Source: a virus
Taxonomy: Duplodnaviria; Heunggongvirae; Uroviricota; Caudoviricetes
Reading direction: 5' to 3' (one strand)
Virus record (IMG/VR): IMGVR_UViG_3300028887_000001
Location: 28,088 to 92,087 of that record
Length of the DNA stretch: 64,000 bases
A model generated the notes under the pieces. That model had not been told where the DNA came from, made no database searches, and was given only the letters and a program-made list of their open reading frames with translations. The position numbers and the translations under genes were made by a program. This document shows positions 27,924 through 37,430 of the stretch, piece by piece; positions within the stretch are counted from its first letter, which is position 1; every line of letters starts with the position of its first letter.

Positions 27924-28427
27924 TTAATGTTCATCTTTATATCTGTCGTATCCTGTAAAGTATTCTCTGTTAGCTTCGTTTGTGTTTTCGATGTCTTCCA
28001 TTACCTCATACCTAACATCATCATAGTCCATATAATCTTCAATATTATCTATAATATCGATTAAGATGTTTTTATATTCCTGGTTATCTGTTTTAAAGTT
28101 GTTTATGAATTCTTTTAATCTTTTTTTATCCTCATCTGTAACCTTGAAACTGTTCATACCATCATCGTCATAGTCATAATCCACCTCTACAGTAAATGTT
28201 TTGTCGCCGTTTTGTTTATAGTCTACATGACAATAGGTGTCGAAATCATCATTTACTTGCGAAAATTTATTATCCCAATCTGGCATTTCTCTTTCAAGCT
28301 TGTACAGTGCATCTGAAACAGCCTCAGATACATCATAGGTGATGTGATTTTCAAACAACCTAAAGATGCTTTCTCTTATTATTCTATGCAAATCTGATTC
28401 TGTCAATCTTATTAATTTCTTTTTCAT
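27924..28427 (-). CDS. leader-bearing acidic protein
   Basis: LIRLTESDLHRIIRESIFRLFE. Confidence 0.85.
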   Translation of the reverse strand: MKKKLIRLTESDLHRIIRESIFRLFENHITYDVSEAVSDALYKLEREMPDWDNKFSQVNDDFDTYCHVDYKQNGDKTFTVEVDYDYDDDGMNSFKVTDEDKKRLKEFINNFKTDNQEYKNILIDIIDNIEDYMDYDDVRYEVMEDIENTNEANREYFTGYDRYKDEH

Positions 28428-28506
28428 GTTAATACCATTTAATATAATATAAATATCACAACTCGCAAGATAATTTATTGCAAGCTCACACACTTGTTTC
28501 TTATTA

Positions 28507-28941
28507 TTACAAGTTTATAAGGTTGTTTTTAACAATATCTGCAACCATCTTACCATCTGCGCCAATTAGGTTTTGTTTAATATCCTTGATTGCAAGACCC
28601 ATTGCCTTTTTATCAATACCAGAAGGATAATTTTCTTTGATGTAGTTCTTTATATCTGTTTCGGTGGGCAACTTTGGCAACAGTGTTTCAAGAACATTCA
28701 TTTGTTTTGATTCTTCATCAGCCAGGTCTGGTCGATTATTCTGATTGTAGATTTCAATTGTGTTCTTTCTCTCATCAATCATCTTCTTAATGATACTGAT
28801 TTCGGCTGCGTCATTATACTCAGGCGCCTTTGGCTGTGTCTTGAACTCAAGAATCTTTGCTTTTAAAAGTTTGTAAGTTTCGGAAGCTACTTTGTCGTGA
28901 GACTTCATTGACTCCATAATAAGTTTGTTAATGTCTATCAT
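28507..28941 (-). CDS. GatB/YqeY domain protein
   Basis: MKxxDK..IKKMIxERKxxIExY..RxDLAxxE..LPK..MG...GxADGK. Confidence 0.85.
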   Translation of the reverse strand: MIDINKLIMESMKSHDKVASETYKLLKAKILEFKTQPKAPEYNDAAEISIIKKMIDERKNTIEIYNQNNRPDLADEESKQMNVLETLLPKLPTETDIKNYIKENYPSGIDKKAMGLAIKDIKQNLIGADGKMVADIVKNNLINL

Positions 28942-29284
28942 ATTATTTATAAGTTTTAAATTTCGCTGCAAAGATACTAAAATTTATTCAGATAAACAAT
29001 TTTTCACGATATATTTTCAATTTATAATACTTTTCGACGATGGACCAGGAAAAGTGGCCTATTTATCAACGTTTTATACCCATACTATACCAACTATACC
29101 TACTATACTAACTATGCATATTACAATTATTTATACATTTTATAGGATTATATAATATTATCATTAATTATTTTTATTTAGTTTGATTAAGTGTGTAGAA
29201 TTTTAGTTTTCTAAATCATTGTATTTTAACCAATAAAAAGGCCAATATTTCTTTAAAATACTGGCCAAATATTTGGTAATTATT

Positions 29285-29986
29285 TTAGTCAATAATATTG
29301 AGTTTGATGCCCTTGCATTTTTCTTCGAATTTTTCTTTGTCGAAAAGTTTCGTATCGAAGTAATTTTCCTCTACATTATTAAATATTTCCCTATATGCTC
29401 TCTTCAGCATCATTACGACGTGTACATTTGGTGTGATACATGGATTATGTGGATTGGTCTTTATGTCGTAGTCATTACCATAGGTATCAAGAATGTACCT
29501 TACAACACCCTGGCTTCTGCTGACACCCGCTGCACAATGGATATAGAATGTTTCATCTTTTCGGATTCTTCTTTCAATCCACTCTACAAGCGCAAATGCC
29601 TCCTCATAGTCCATCACGTGTATCATGGTATAGAACTTGTTATCGGGTCCTGATATATGCACGTAACTAAAGTATGCGTTGGATTGCTTTATGTCACCCT
29701 TCTTAAAAAGTTCCAAAGCCTTGTCATAACAGTCACCCTCGTGGTTTAAAAACCAAAACGGACCACAGTCATCAATGTCTAGATTAAAGATTGATGTATG
29801 GTATACGTCTTCTTTCTTTTTATTGTTGCAGTCGGTCTTGAACCAATGTTCGTATTCCTCATTTGGGGAGCAAATGGATACTGCTGCTATATTATGTGGA
29901 AGATAGTCATTCCATCCCCTGTCATCCATCAACCCGTCAAATGATATTTGGTCAAGGCAGATTATGTTTCTTGTTGGTTTAATCAT
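29285..29986 (-). CDS. protein-tyrosine / dual-specificity phosphatase-like protein
   Basis: HCAAGVSRS (HCx5R) P-loop. Confidence 0.85.
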   Translation of the reverse strand: MIKPTRNIICLDQISFDGLMDDRGWNDYLPHNIAAVSICSPNEEYEHWFKTDCNNKKKEDVYHTSIFNLDIDDCGPFWFLNHEGDCYDKALELFKKGDIKQSNAYFSYVHISGPDNKFYTMIHVMDYEEAFALVEWIERRIRKDETFYIHCAAGVSRSQGVVRYILDTYGNDYDIKTNPHNPCITPNVHVVMMLKRAYREIFNNVEENYFDTKLFDKEKFEEKCKGIKLNIID

Positions 29987-30393
29987 ATTTCTTTTTCACA
30001 AAACGAATTGTGTTTGTTTACGAATATATTTCCGATATCTTTAATCTTCTGTATAGTGTTATCATCTATTTCAAATAAATGATATTTGTTATTACCATAT
30101 TCTATTACTTTCAGAATTCTATCAACATAGTCAATACATTTACCATAAGCATCCTGAGCAAGAGGCCCACCATAGAATTTATCCCTATATGAATCAAATA
30201 GTTCGTCGAGATATTTCATATATAAATCGGCTTCTTGTCGTGATGGGCCGTTCCAATCTGGTGGAACTTGTAATTCCTCGAATCTGAACTTCTCATCAAA
30301 ATACCAAGAGTCAGTTACTTTTTCAAAGTATTCTGGCGTAAAAATTTCTTGTGCCCTTATTTCTGCTAATTTTTTTATAAATTCAGTTGTCAT
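29983..30393 (-). CDS. hypothetical protein
   Basis: coupled ORF. Confidence 0.7.
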   Translation of the reverse strand: MTTEFIKKLAEIRAQEIFTPEYFEKVTDSWYFDEKFRFEELQVPPDWNGPSRQEADLYMKYLDELFDSYRDKFYGGPLAQDAYGKCIDYVDRILKVIEYGNNKYHLFEIDDNTIQKIKDIGNIFVNKHNSFCEKEI

Positions 30394-31022
30394 AGATTTT
30401 CGTATAATAGTGTAATATGATTTTTCTTTACATCCGGTGCGGAGAATCCGTGCTGACTACAAAGCATGTTGAATCTCTGAAGATTAAATGGGTGTGTAAT
30501 AATATGAATACCAGATTTTGTATTAATGTGTGTTATTATTGGATTGTCAAATCTACTTTCACAAGCCATAATACAAGAATGAATGGTCTCCAAATAATTT
30601 TTATATTCCTCGCAATCATCAACATCTATAATCCATCTGTCTTCGCATTTGCCTCCAAGTTTACCAAATACATGGTCTACTATTCTCCATGGCTTTTTAT
30701 AATCATTTTTAAATGTATTCTCAGCAAATTTAAGGGAACAATACTTTGTGAAATCTCTCTTTGACTTCACAGTTACCGACACATAGGCTCTTAGCCCAAA
30801 TATGTCACAGCACTTAACAATCTCATCCTTTACCTTATCGAACTTTTCAAGCGAGTCGATGTAATAGGATTTGAATGTATAGTTTGCTGCCGGCAAATCT
30901 GGAAAGTCTTTTCCTCTCCTAATAAGTAACACTAAAAAGAACAGGTCACCAGACTTTTCTTCGGTTTCTGGAATATTCTGCTCTATCATATATTCCCTTA
31001 TCTGTTTGAAATTATCTGTCAT
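30390..31022 (-). CDS. conserved phage protein, possible AEP (primase-polymerase) fold
   Basis: WIIDVD (hhhDxD) and TKSGIH (sxGxH) motifs. Confidence 0.55.
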   Translation of the reverse strand: MTDNFKQIREYMIEQNIPETEEKSGDLFFLVLLIRRGKDFPDLPAANYTFKSYYIDSLEKFDKVKDEIVKCCDIFGLRAYVSVTVKSKRDFTKYCSLKFAENTFKNDYKKPWRIVDHVFGKLGGKCEDRWIIDVDDCEEYKNYLETIHSCIMACESRFDNPIITHINTKSGIHIITHPFNLQRFNMLCSQHGFSAPDVKKNHITLLYENL

Positions 31023-31443
31023 ATATCTTATTTTTCTTTATATACATTCCATCAGGTGCTTTAAGAGCCAATCCTTTCTTAATTAAACCGCGATAGTCAA
31101 AATGATGTTCAAGAAGCCAACTATGTGCAAGAGGAAGCCAATCTAATGGAGTAATGTTTCTAAATTCTTGAAATTCTTTTAATTCTTCCTCAGTCATACT
31201 TGACATTGGACGGAGATAGGGTTTAATAATACATTCATTTTTACTGTCATTTAGGGGGTCTAACACAACTTCAAGTTCATGGCTAAAATCTAATCCCCAC
31301 GCATCTTTATGGAAACAGAAGTAATTAAGTCTCTTACCACTTAATGTCATTACCTCATTATGTATGGGGACATTACACTTAACCCCATACGGCAACCTTG
31401 CACAAAGGTCTTTCAATAGTAAATCTTTATCTTCTTGTGTCAT
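31012..31443 (-). CDS. paralog family A protein (LCARLPYG..KPYLRxMSSMT..HHFDYRGLI)
   Basis: five copies in window. Confidence 0.8.
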   Translation of the reverse strand: MTQEDKDLLLKDLCARLPYGVKCNVPIHNEVMTLSGKRLNYFCFHKDAWGLDFSHELEVVLDPLNDSKNECIIKPYLRPMSSMTEEELKEFQEFRNITPLDWLPLAHSWLLEHHFDYRGLIKKGLALKAPDGMYIKKNKIYDR

Positions 31444-31669
31444 AATCAAAATTCCTTTTAGAAGCCCATCCAAATTCAAAACAAGTCTTAATGACATCTT
31501 CAATAGTCACCTTACCTGGTTCGGTTCTGAAATAGTGCTTATTGGTTTTATACTCATTAATCAGAAAATCAACACCTTCTTTAGATGCTTTCATTTCTCT
31601 TTCCAACTCCTTGCAATTCTTTAGTAGATTTTCACAATCTAACAACAAATCTTTTTCTTCTTGTGTCAT
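31427..31669 (-). CDS. hypothetical protein with family-A-like first 10 aa
   Basis: MTQEEKDLLL then unrelated sequence. Confidence 0.65.
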   Translation of the reverse strand: MTQEEKDLLLDCENLLKNCKELEREMKASKEGVDFLINEYKTNKHYFRTEPGKVTIEDVIKTCFEFGWASKRNFDYDTRR

Positions 31670-31673
31670 AACT

Positions 31674-32084
31674 TTAATTCTTATAAGGATTATTTTCTTC
31701 TGTTACTTCAATAGCAAGACCTTTTTCAATGAGTCCTCTGTAATCAAAATGATGTGCATTAAGCCAATCAAACGCTTCTTCTGTGTGTGGAAAAATTCCA
31801 CCTTCATAAGCATTTAATGAATTATATTTATTTTCTTCTTCCTCCGTCATACTTGACATTGAGCGAAGATAAGGTTTAATAGTTTCACCTACATAGAATG
31901 ATTCTCCTACCATATCGTCACCATCTACATAGATTTCTGCAATATCAGGGTTATAAGCGTCTGTTATGTCTTTTAACATCCGATATATGTTTGTTCCGTC
32001 ATATTGTTCAATGTTAAGGAACACCCCATAAGGCAACCTCGCACAGATGTCTTTCAATAATAATTGTTTTTCTTCCTTTTTCAT
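31674..32084 (-). CDS. paralog family A protein
   Basis: shared N- and C-terminal blocks. Confidence 0.8.
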   Translation of the reverse strand: MKKEEKQLLLKDICARLPYGVFLNIEQYDGTNIYRMLKDITDAYNPDIAEIYVDGDDMVGESFYVGETIKPYLRSMSSMTEEEENKYNSLNAYEGGIFPHTEEAFDWLNAHHFDYRGLIEKGLAIEVTEENNPYKN

Positions 32085-32680
32085 AAACCCATATAAAAGA
32101 ATCCACCATTCGGTTCTGCTAAATTCATTGGTTTTACGCTTTTAAACATTTGACACATACTTTTCATACAATTGCGTTGTATATCATATGAGTCTTCATG
32201 AGAATATCTCCACTTCTTGTCAGTAAACCTATTATTTATAAGGTCATATTCAAATGATGCATATATGTGTTTATCATCAGGTCTGTCATTGTAATATTTT
32301 ACTTTATAAAGATTGTTTTTATAATAATAAGTCTCGACAATATCAAAATCAGTTTCCTCAGGTTCAAGTCTTATTACAGAAGGCCATTGTGCCGCAAGTA
32401 TTTTTTCATCTTGTTTCTTCTTGAGTTCATCGAATATTTGAAACAAGTCAGGATTGTCAATCTCTTTAAGTCTTGGTTCAAATTTCTTTTGTATTGTTGA
32501 TAGTGCTTCATCAATCGCCTTCTGACATTCGGCACAATAATCCTGAGAACACCCCTCTTCTGTTCCATATTGTTCTCCATTGCCGTATGTACAATAGGTA
32601 TATTCCCTATTACAGTGTTTACATCTTAAAATCCAATGTTGCATAGTCTTTAATCGTTTAAAGGCAGTCATAATCGGCAT
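32081..32680 (-). CDS. Cys-motif hypothetical protein
   Basis: CKHC..CxxC; true start uncertain. Confidence 0.7.
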   Translation of the reverse strand: MPIMTAFKRLKTMQHWILRCKHCNREYTYCTYGNGEQYGTEEGCSQDYCAECQKAIDEALSTIQKKFEPRLKEIDNPDLFQIFDELKKKQDEKILAAQWPSVIRLEPEETDFDIVETYYYKNNLYKVKYYNDRPDDKHIYASFEYDLINNRFTDKKWRYSHEDSYDIQRNCMKSMCQMFKSVKPMNLAEPNGGFFYMGL

Positions 32681-32852
32681 TGCTCATTGCCTCATTCAAT
32701 TCCTCCAACACGTTAATGGCATTGAGGAGGTGTTCGTCTGTCATATCCTTAATTGGAATCTTCTTTCCGTCCTTCGTCGTCCAATACAGTGTTCCGTTAT
32801 TCCTCTCTCTTAGCCACTGTTCCTTAATAAGGTCTCTTAATACCGCTTTCAT
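32658..32852 (-). CDS. small phage protein (WTTKDG..IKDMxDxHLxN)
   Basis: recognisable phage motif. Confidence 0.7.
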   Translation of the reverse strand: MKAVLRDLIKEQWLRERNNGTLYWTTKDGKKIPIKDMTDEHLLNAINVLEELNEAMSNADYDCL

Positions 32853-32853
32853 A

Positions 32854-33345
32854 TTATTTTATATTTTCAATACAAGTTTCTTCGTCAATCTCATCTTGCA
32901 GATATTTCCAGCAATACCAATACTTTTTAAGACGCTTCAAGTCTTTTTCTTCCAGCTTTGAAAGTCTCCTTATGTCCATGTTGTTTTCCAGGTCATATAC
33001 CTTAACAAATCTTGCAATTTCATTTGTTTTAACTCTCTTAATGAAATCAAAATAGGAATGTTCGTCTTTTCTCCTGGTAATGGCAACAATGGCATCAATA
33101 ATTTCATCGTCGAAACCATTTTCCTTTAGTATTTCTACGGTACAGTCAGTATCCTCCAGAATATCATGAAGTAACCCGACAATCATACACTTTTCTCTGT
33201 CTACGCCAAAAGAATATGCTTTTTCAACCCTGTTTGCAACATCGTAGAGGTGGTATTTATAGTCATTTCCACCTTTATCTACCTTGCCTTCAAAGTATTT
33301 TGCGACCAATTCCTCGGCTTTGTAAAATTGTTTATAAGATGCCAT
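32854..33345 (-). CDS. HD-domain protein, RelA/SpoT-hydrolase (Mesh1)-like
   Basis: DKGGxxY..HL..V, LLHDILEDT, VKxxDLxxN. Confidence 0.8.
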   Translation of the reverse strand: MASYKQFYKAEELVAKYFEGKVDKGGNDYKYHLYDVANRVEKAYSFGVDREKCMIVGLLHDILEDTDCTVEILKENGFDDEIIDAIVAITRRKDEHSYFDFIKRVKTNEIARFVKVYDLENNMDIRRLSKLEEKDLKRLKKYWYCWKYLQDEIDEETCIENIK

Positions 33346-33480
33346 ATAATTTCTATTTATTGTTAAACCTATGTCATAATTATCCTTTTACCATCGTATA
33401 CATATTTTTAATTTGATGGTGCAAATTTACAATAATTTCTTGATATAGCCAAATAATTACTGTTAAAAAATGTTAAAGTC

Positions 33481-33744
33481 TCAGTCTTTACAGGCCTTGC
33501 AGTTTGGGTTATGCACTAAATCAGAACCATAACCACTTCTTGTGGCCCAACACCTGAAATAGTAATCATGGCCTTCAAGAACTATCTTATAGTAGTTATA
33601 ATCGTACATATATTGACGAATAGTGATATAATCCATATCGTCCTGTTTAGCATCGACAACCTCATTACAGTCACCACGATGTTCGCATTTGCATGATGCG
33701 AGAAACGCAATGCATAAACTCAATAGGATAAAAATCTTCTTCAT
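33481..33744 (-). CDS. small lipoprotein
   Basis: MKKIFILLSLCIAFLASC lipobox. Confidence 0.7.
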   Translation of the reverse strand: MKKIFILLSLCIAFLASCKCEHRGDCNEVVDAKQDDMDYITIRQYMYDYNYYKIVLEGHDYYFRCWATRSGYGSDLVHNPNCKACKD

Positions 33745-33754
33745 ACCATTTATT

Positions 33755-33952
33755 TTATTTACTTGATTTAAACAATACCCCACCAATTATGTTCAGTAAG
33801 GCTAAGATACCGAATGCCTGCCAAAATGTCAGGATTGGTGCTGATGCCCAAAATAGTGGAACAAGCCAATTCCATAACCACTGTAAAACAAATATCTCAA
33901 CGGCAACACATGCCACAATGAGAAAAATAACACCAAAAATAATCCACTTCAT
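33755..33952 (-). CDS. small membrane protein
   Basis: hydrophobic; WLWNW..P.LTFWQA.G. Confidence 0.7.
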   Translation of the reverse strand: MKWIIFGVIFLIVACVAVEIFVLQWLWNWLVPLFWASAPILTFWQAFGILALLNIIGGVLFKSSK

Positions 33953-34122
33953 ATTTTAAGGTTTATATTCCTTATCAGGACACTCTTTATCATATTCACG
34001 GTCTCTGCATATATGCCAATACCTACACAACTCATTGCAAGGTCTAACCTTATATCCGGAATAAGATATCATACTTTCTTCGGATATGTTTATTACGGTT
34101 ATCTCAGGTTTAATGTAGTGTA

Positions 34123-34350
34123 TCATTCTCCTTCTATATATTTTTTATAGTTAGTTATGTCAACGTTATCCTCAAAGAATACCACATGTGTGCAATCAAC
34201 ACCACTTAGAAACTCATCATCAGTGAACATAACATTTACTGTACTGTGTGTTGATGGATATATGCCCTCAATCTCAGAGGCATCAAAGACCTTGATGGTT
34301 CTTTTTATCTTACCGTTATCTTTCTTGTTGAAATGTAATACTGCTTTCAT
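34123..34350 (-). CDS. hypothetical protein
   Basis: ATG ORF. Confidence 0.65.
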   Translation of the reverse strand: MKAVLHFNKKDNGKIKRTIKVFDASEIEGIYPSTHSTVNVMFTDDEFLSGVDCTHVVFFEDNVDITNYKKYIEGE

Positions 34351-34362
34351 TTTTCAATCTTA

Positions 34363-34815
34363 TTAATCTTTTCCTGCCTCTTTATTTTTGATGGTATTGA
34401 AAACTCTATTGACCAGCTCTGTATTATCGTCTTCTTCACAACTTCTATCAAACATTGAAAGATAGTCATCTTCTGTTGGCATAGGTGGTTCTATCCATTG
34501 AACTGGTTTGTCTGTTTCCTCCTTGCTCTTATATTTGACCAGATATTCGAAGACATCTTCCTTCTCTTTTCCCAATTCATACAGTTTACAACGTGAGTAT
34601 GCGATATCGCTGTTTCTCTTAACGATTGCTATACACTTCTTGAGACCTTTTAGGTACATCATATCATCCACAGTCAATTCTGTGCCTCCGCAATTGAAGA
34701 CACTGAGAACCTCATTTTCAAGTTCTTTAGACAAGAGTTGCAGTTCTTCGTAAATCCCGTTCCATATCTCACCTTCTACATATTGGAAGGTTGGTGTCAT
34801 TGTATTTGCTCCCAT
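34363..34815 (-). CDS. hypothetical protein
   Basis: ATG ORF. Confidence 0.7.
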   Translation of the reverse strand: MGANTMTPTFQYVEGEIWNGIYEELQLLSKELENEVLSVFNCGGTELTVDDMMYLKGLKKCIAIVKRNSDIAYSRCKLYELGKEKEDVFEYLVKYKSKEETDKPVQWIEPPMPTEDDYLSMFDRSCEEDDNTELVNRVFNTIKNKEAGKD

Positions 34816-34903
34816 AGTTTATTTGAAATTTGATTTGTTAAATTTATAAATTGCATTATTTTTGGTTTATTTTAATTCGATTCCGTAAGGTATAACAATT
34901 GTG

Positions 34904-35140
34904 TTAATAATTCATGTCGTGACATCCTTCCCAACTGCCCCTATTTCTCCACCACTTAACCTCATACCACAATTCAAGTATCGGACAATTCTCACATTCG
35001 CCAAAATCGTGTTCATCTCCCATGTACTTTTCACATCTTTCACAACATAATCGTAAATCCTTTGTTTCGTCTTTATATCCCATATATGGTTTCATATGTT
35101 TTATTTGGTCTTTTCTATTTTCTTTTGTGTATTTTGCCAT
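34904..35140 (-). CDS. small Cys-rich protein
   Basis: CxxC..CxxCP. Confidence 0.65.
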   Translation of the reverse strand: MAKYTKENRKDQIKHMKPYMGYKDETKDLRLCCERCEKYMGDEHDFGECENCPILELWYEVKWWRNRGSWEGCHDMNY

Positions 35141-35141
35141 A

Positions 35142-35435
35142 TTATTCTCCTTTCTTTACTTTGTTGTTATCACCAAGTTTGACATAATATATTACATCAT
35201 TTATCATCATACCTCTTTCAAATTTACCCGCAACTGTCATGTACATATAAAATTTATGCCCATCATATTCTCCCAATAATGTGTTTCCCCGTATTGTGTA
35301 CATAGCAACAGCACAAGGTTCATTAGGAGCGCCCTCCATTATTTCTTCCATGTAGTATGGTTCTGCGTTTCTACAGAAATTAAGTGATTCAAGGAAATCG
35401 TTTTTTGAAACCTCACGTTTTTTTGTGTTTTCCAT
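35142..35435 (-). CDS. hypothetical protein
   Basis: packed ORF. Confidence 0.65.
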   Translation of the reverse strand: MENTKKREVSKNDFLESLNFCRNAEPYYMEEIMEGAPNEPCAVAMYTIRGNTLLGEYDGHKFYMYMTVAGKFERGMMINDVIYYVKLGDNNKVKKGE

Positions 35436-35436
35436 A

Positions 35437-35820
35437 TCATTCTCCTTTCTTTATATAATCATTCTCAAGTAGCCAACATACCATTTCAAAACAAGCGTCA
35501 ATAATAGTATTATTGAAACCTGTCGCATTATGACATTTTGAACTACCATATCTTATAAAATATCCAAATTCATTGCAAACCAAATCAACACATCCGTCAC
35601 TACTTTTCCATATAAGATTTTCCAGTGCCCCAACTGACCAACAAGGAACGGAATATTCGTATCTAAAACTAAACAATTTATATTCTATTGACACATCTAA
35701 ACCAACAATAGGATACCATATATTATCACTATCTATTTGCCATGTCATATCTGCACTCTTAGGATTTAATCCAAGTTCCAAAAGTTTTTTACTTTGTTCT
35801 ATTGTTGTGTAGTGTTTCAT
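35437..35820 (-). CDS. paralog family C protein (TxxEQSKKLxELG..ADM..PxWS..DAxFEMVxWL)
   Basis: paralog at 47528. Confidence 0.8.
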   Translation of the reverse strand: MKHYTTIEQSKKLLELGLNPKSADMTWQIDSDNIWYPIVGLDVSIEYKLFSFRYEYSVPCWSVGALENLIWKSSDGCVDLVCNEFGYFIRYGSSKCHNATGFNNTIIDACFEMVCWLLENDYIKKGE

Positions 35821-35822
35821 AA

Positions 35823-36140
35823 TTATTTTTCCTTTTTAAAATTAAACTTCCTTTCCTCTGTTGTTACCATTGTTATCTCTGCATTGTTGAACTCTGTTCT
35901 TCGTATGATAAAAAATGCTATAAGTTTGTCATCCTTGAGAAAGTATGTTATCTCGTCGTCAGACCTGTGTATCTCTTCTCTGAAATCAAAGTTAATGCCT
36001 ATCCCTCTCTGTTGTACTTCACATGTATGTTCTGCATCAGAAACCATACGGAAAGTTTCATGCACTTCTGTCACAAATTCATTGTAAATATCTGCAATTT
36101 CTTCAAGAGTGACCCTTACTTGTTTGATTGTATTTATCAT
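35823..36140 (-). CDS. hypothetical protein
   Basis: packed ORF. Confidence 0.65.
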   Translation of the reverse strand: MINTIKQVRVTLEEIADIYNEFVTEVHETFRMVSDAEHTCEVQQRGIGINFDFREEIHRSDDEITYFLKDDKLIAFFIIRRTEFNNAEITMVTTEERKFNFKKEK

Positions 36141-36544
36141 AATACTATCTCTTTATCAATTCCACAAAGTTTTAGTGCGTGTTGGAGTTCGTGAACATAT
36201 TTAATTTCAGACATTTCACCATAATTTATGTAGCCATTCTCAACAAGTCTATATTGAGCATAAACCATACTTATTCTTGGATAGATGTCTTTAAATAGTT
36301 TGTCTTCCGAATCATAAACAAACCCATTCTTCTCCAATATCTCAGGCGTTATTGGTATCGGTCTGTAACAATCACTTACATAGAATACATCACAATCATC
36401 CGTCTGTATGTAATCAACATCACCGCCACTCCTTACAGATGTGACCTTTCTTGGGCATTGGTCAATAACATAAAACCCATTAATTTCAGACTTGTTTTTA
36501 AGGAGATAAACAAAGTCACCTATCATTAATTCATTCACGTTCAT
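36137..36544 (-). CDS. paralog family B protein (LxIGDxV..PIPxTPEIxEKNG..VHxLQHxLKLxGI)
   Basis: three copies in window. Confidence 0.8.
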   Translation of the reverse strand: MNVNELMIGDFVYLLKNKSEINGFYVIDQCPRKVTSVRSGGDVDYIQTDDCDVFYVSDCYRPIPITPEILEKNGFVYDSEDKLFKDIYPRISMVYAQYRLVENGYINYGEMSEIKYVHELQHALKLCGIDKEIVL

Positions 36545-36924
36545 AACTCAAAATTTTCATAGATTCCACATAACTTTAACGCATGTTGTAGGTCATGCAC
36601 ATATCTCATTCCAGGACGTGAAAGGAATATCAATTCTTGTTCACCAGATTTGTGGTCGTAAAAGTCCCTCAATATTCCCTCATGAAGATAATAAGTGAAA
36701 TACATAGTGTTGTCATGCTTTTTTGTCGCATACATTCCATCCCACTTCCAACCGTTCTTCTCAAATATTTCAGGTGTGAGAGGAATTGGTTTCAATTCGT
36801 TAAATCCAATAATACCTCTAAAAGAGTCAGCACCAATAATTCCGTTTTCTCGTATTTCTTTAACAGTGTCATAGCAATCCGGTCTATAGACCAAATCACC
36901 TATCATTAACTCTTCTTTTAACAT
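36541..36924 (-). CDS. paralog family B protein
   Basis: start at MLKEELMIGD. Confidence 0.8.
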   Translation of the reverse strand: MLKEELMIGDLVYRPDCYDTVKEIRENGIIGADSFRGIIGFNELKPIPLTPEIFEKNGWKWDGMYATKKHDNTMYFTYYLHEGILRDFYDHKSGEQELIFLSRPGMRYVHDLQHALKLCGIYENFEL

Positions 36925-36931
36925 AATTCTA

Positions 36932-37429
36932 TTATTCAACGCATAAATTTTCCTTATCAAGATTTGAAATAATCTCCCTGTATTCAATCGGGAATAGGTA
37001 GTTATTGCAGACGATGAATTCATCGGGGTTGTTGTTATTCCTCACAAATCTGATGTACTTAATTTCCCAATTTTTACAGTTCTTTACATTGGCTGTAAGA
37101 AATCTCCAATCATTTTCGTAACCACCAGAAGCCTTGCAAAGTTCATCAAGCCACTTAATGATGTCCTTCTTGCCAATGGCGTACTTCTCCCTGTTTGTCT
37201 TCCCAAGGAGATTGTATAATTTAGAGAGGCCTTTGTTCTGATTATATTCATAACCACAATCAGGATTCTTGTGAATCTTCGGTGCTTCATCATTAAACCC
37301 AATCGCAAAGTCCCTCGTGTCACAGTAAATCATCTGGATGTTATCCGTTATTTCAGCGTCATAATCAATACTATTCACTGGAACCCATTCGTCGTATTCC
37401 TTATCTCCAATAATCGTTATCTTTTCCAT
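36932..37429 (-). CDS. hypothetical protein
   Basis: packed ORF. Confidence 0.7.
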   Translation of the reverse strand: MEKITIIGDKEYDEWVPVNSIDYDAEITDNIQMIYCDTRDFAIGFNDEAPKIHKNPDCGYEYNQNKGLSKLYNLLGKTNREKYAIGKKDIIKWLDELCKASGGYENDWRFLTANVKNCKNWEIKYIRFVRNNNNPDEFIVCNNYLFPIEYREIISNLDKENLCVE

Positions 37430-37430
37430 T

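Noticed and set aside
29078-29118. Short ACTATAC-type tandem repeats
   Set aside because: Only ~4 imperfect ~10-bp units without spacers; treated as low-complexity slippage
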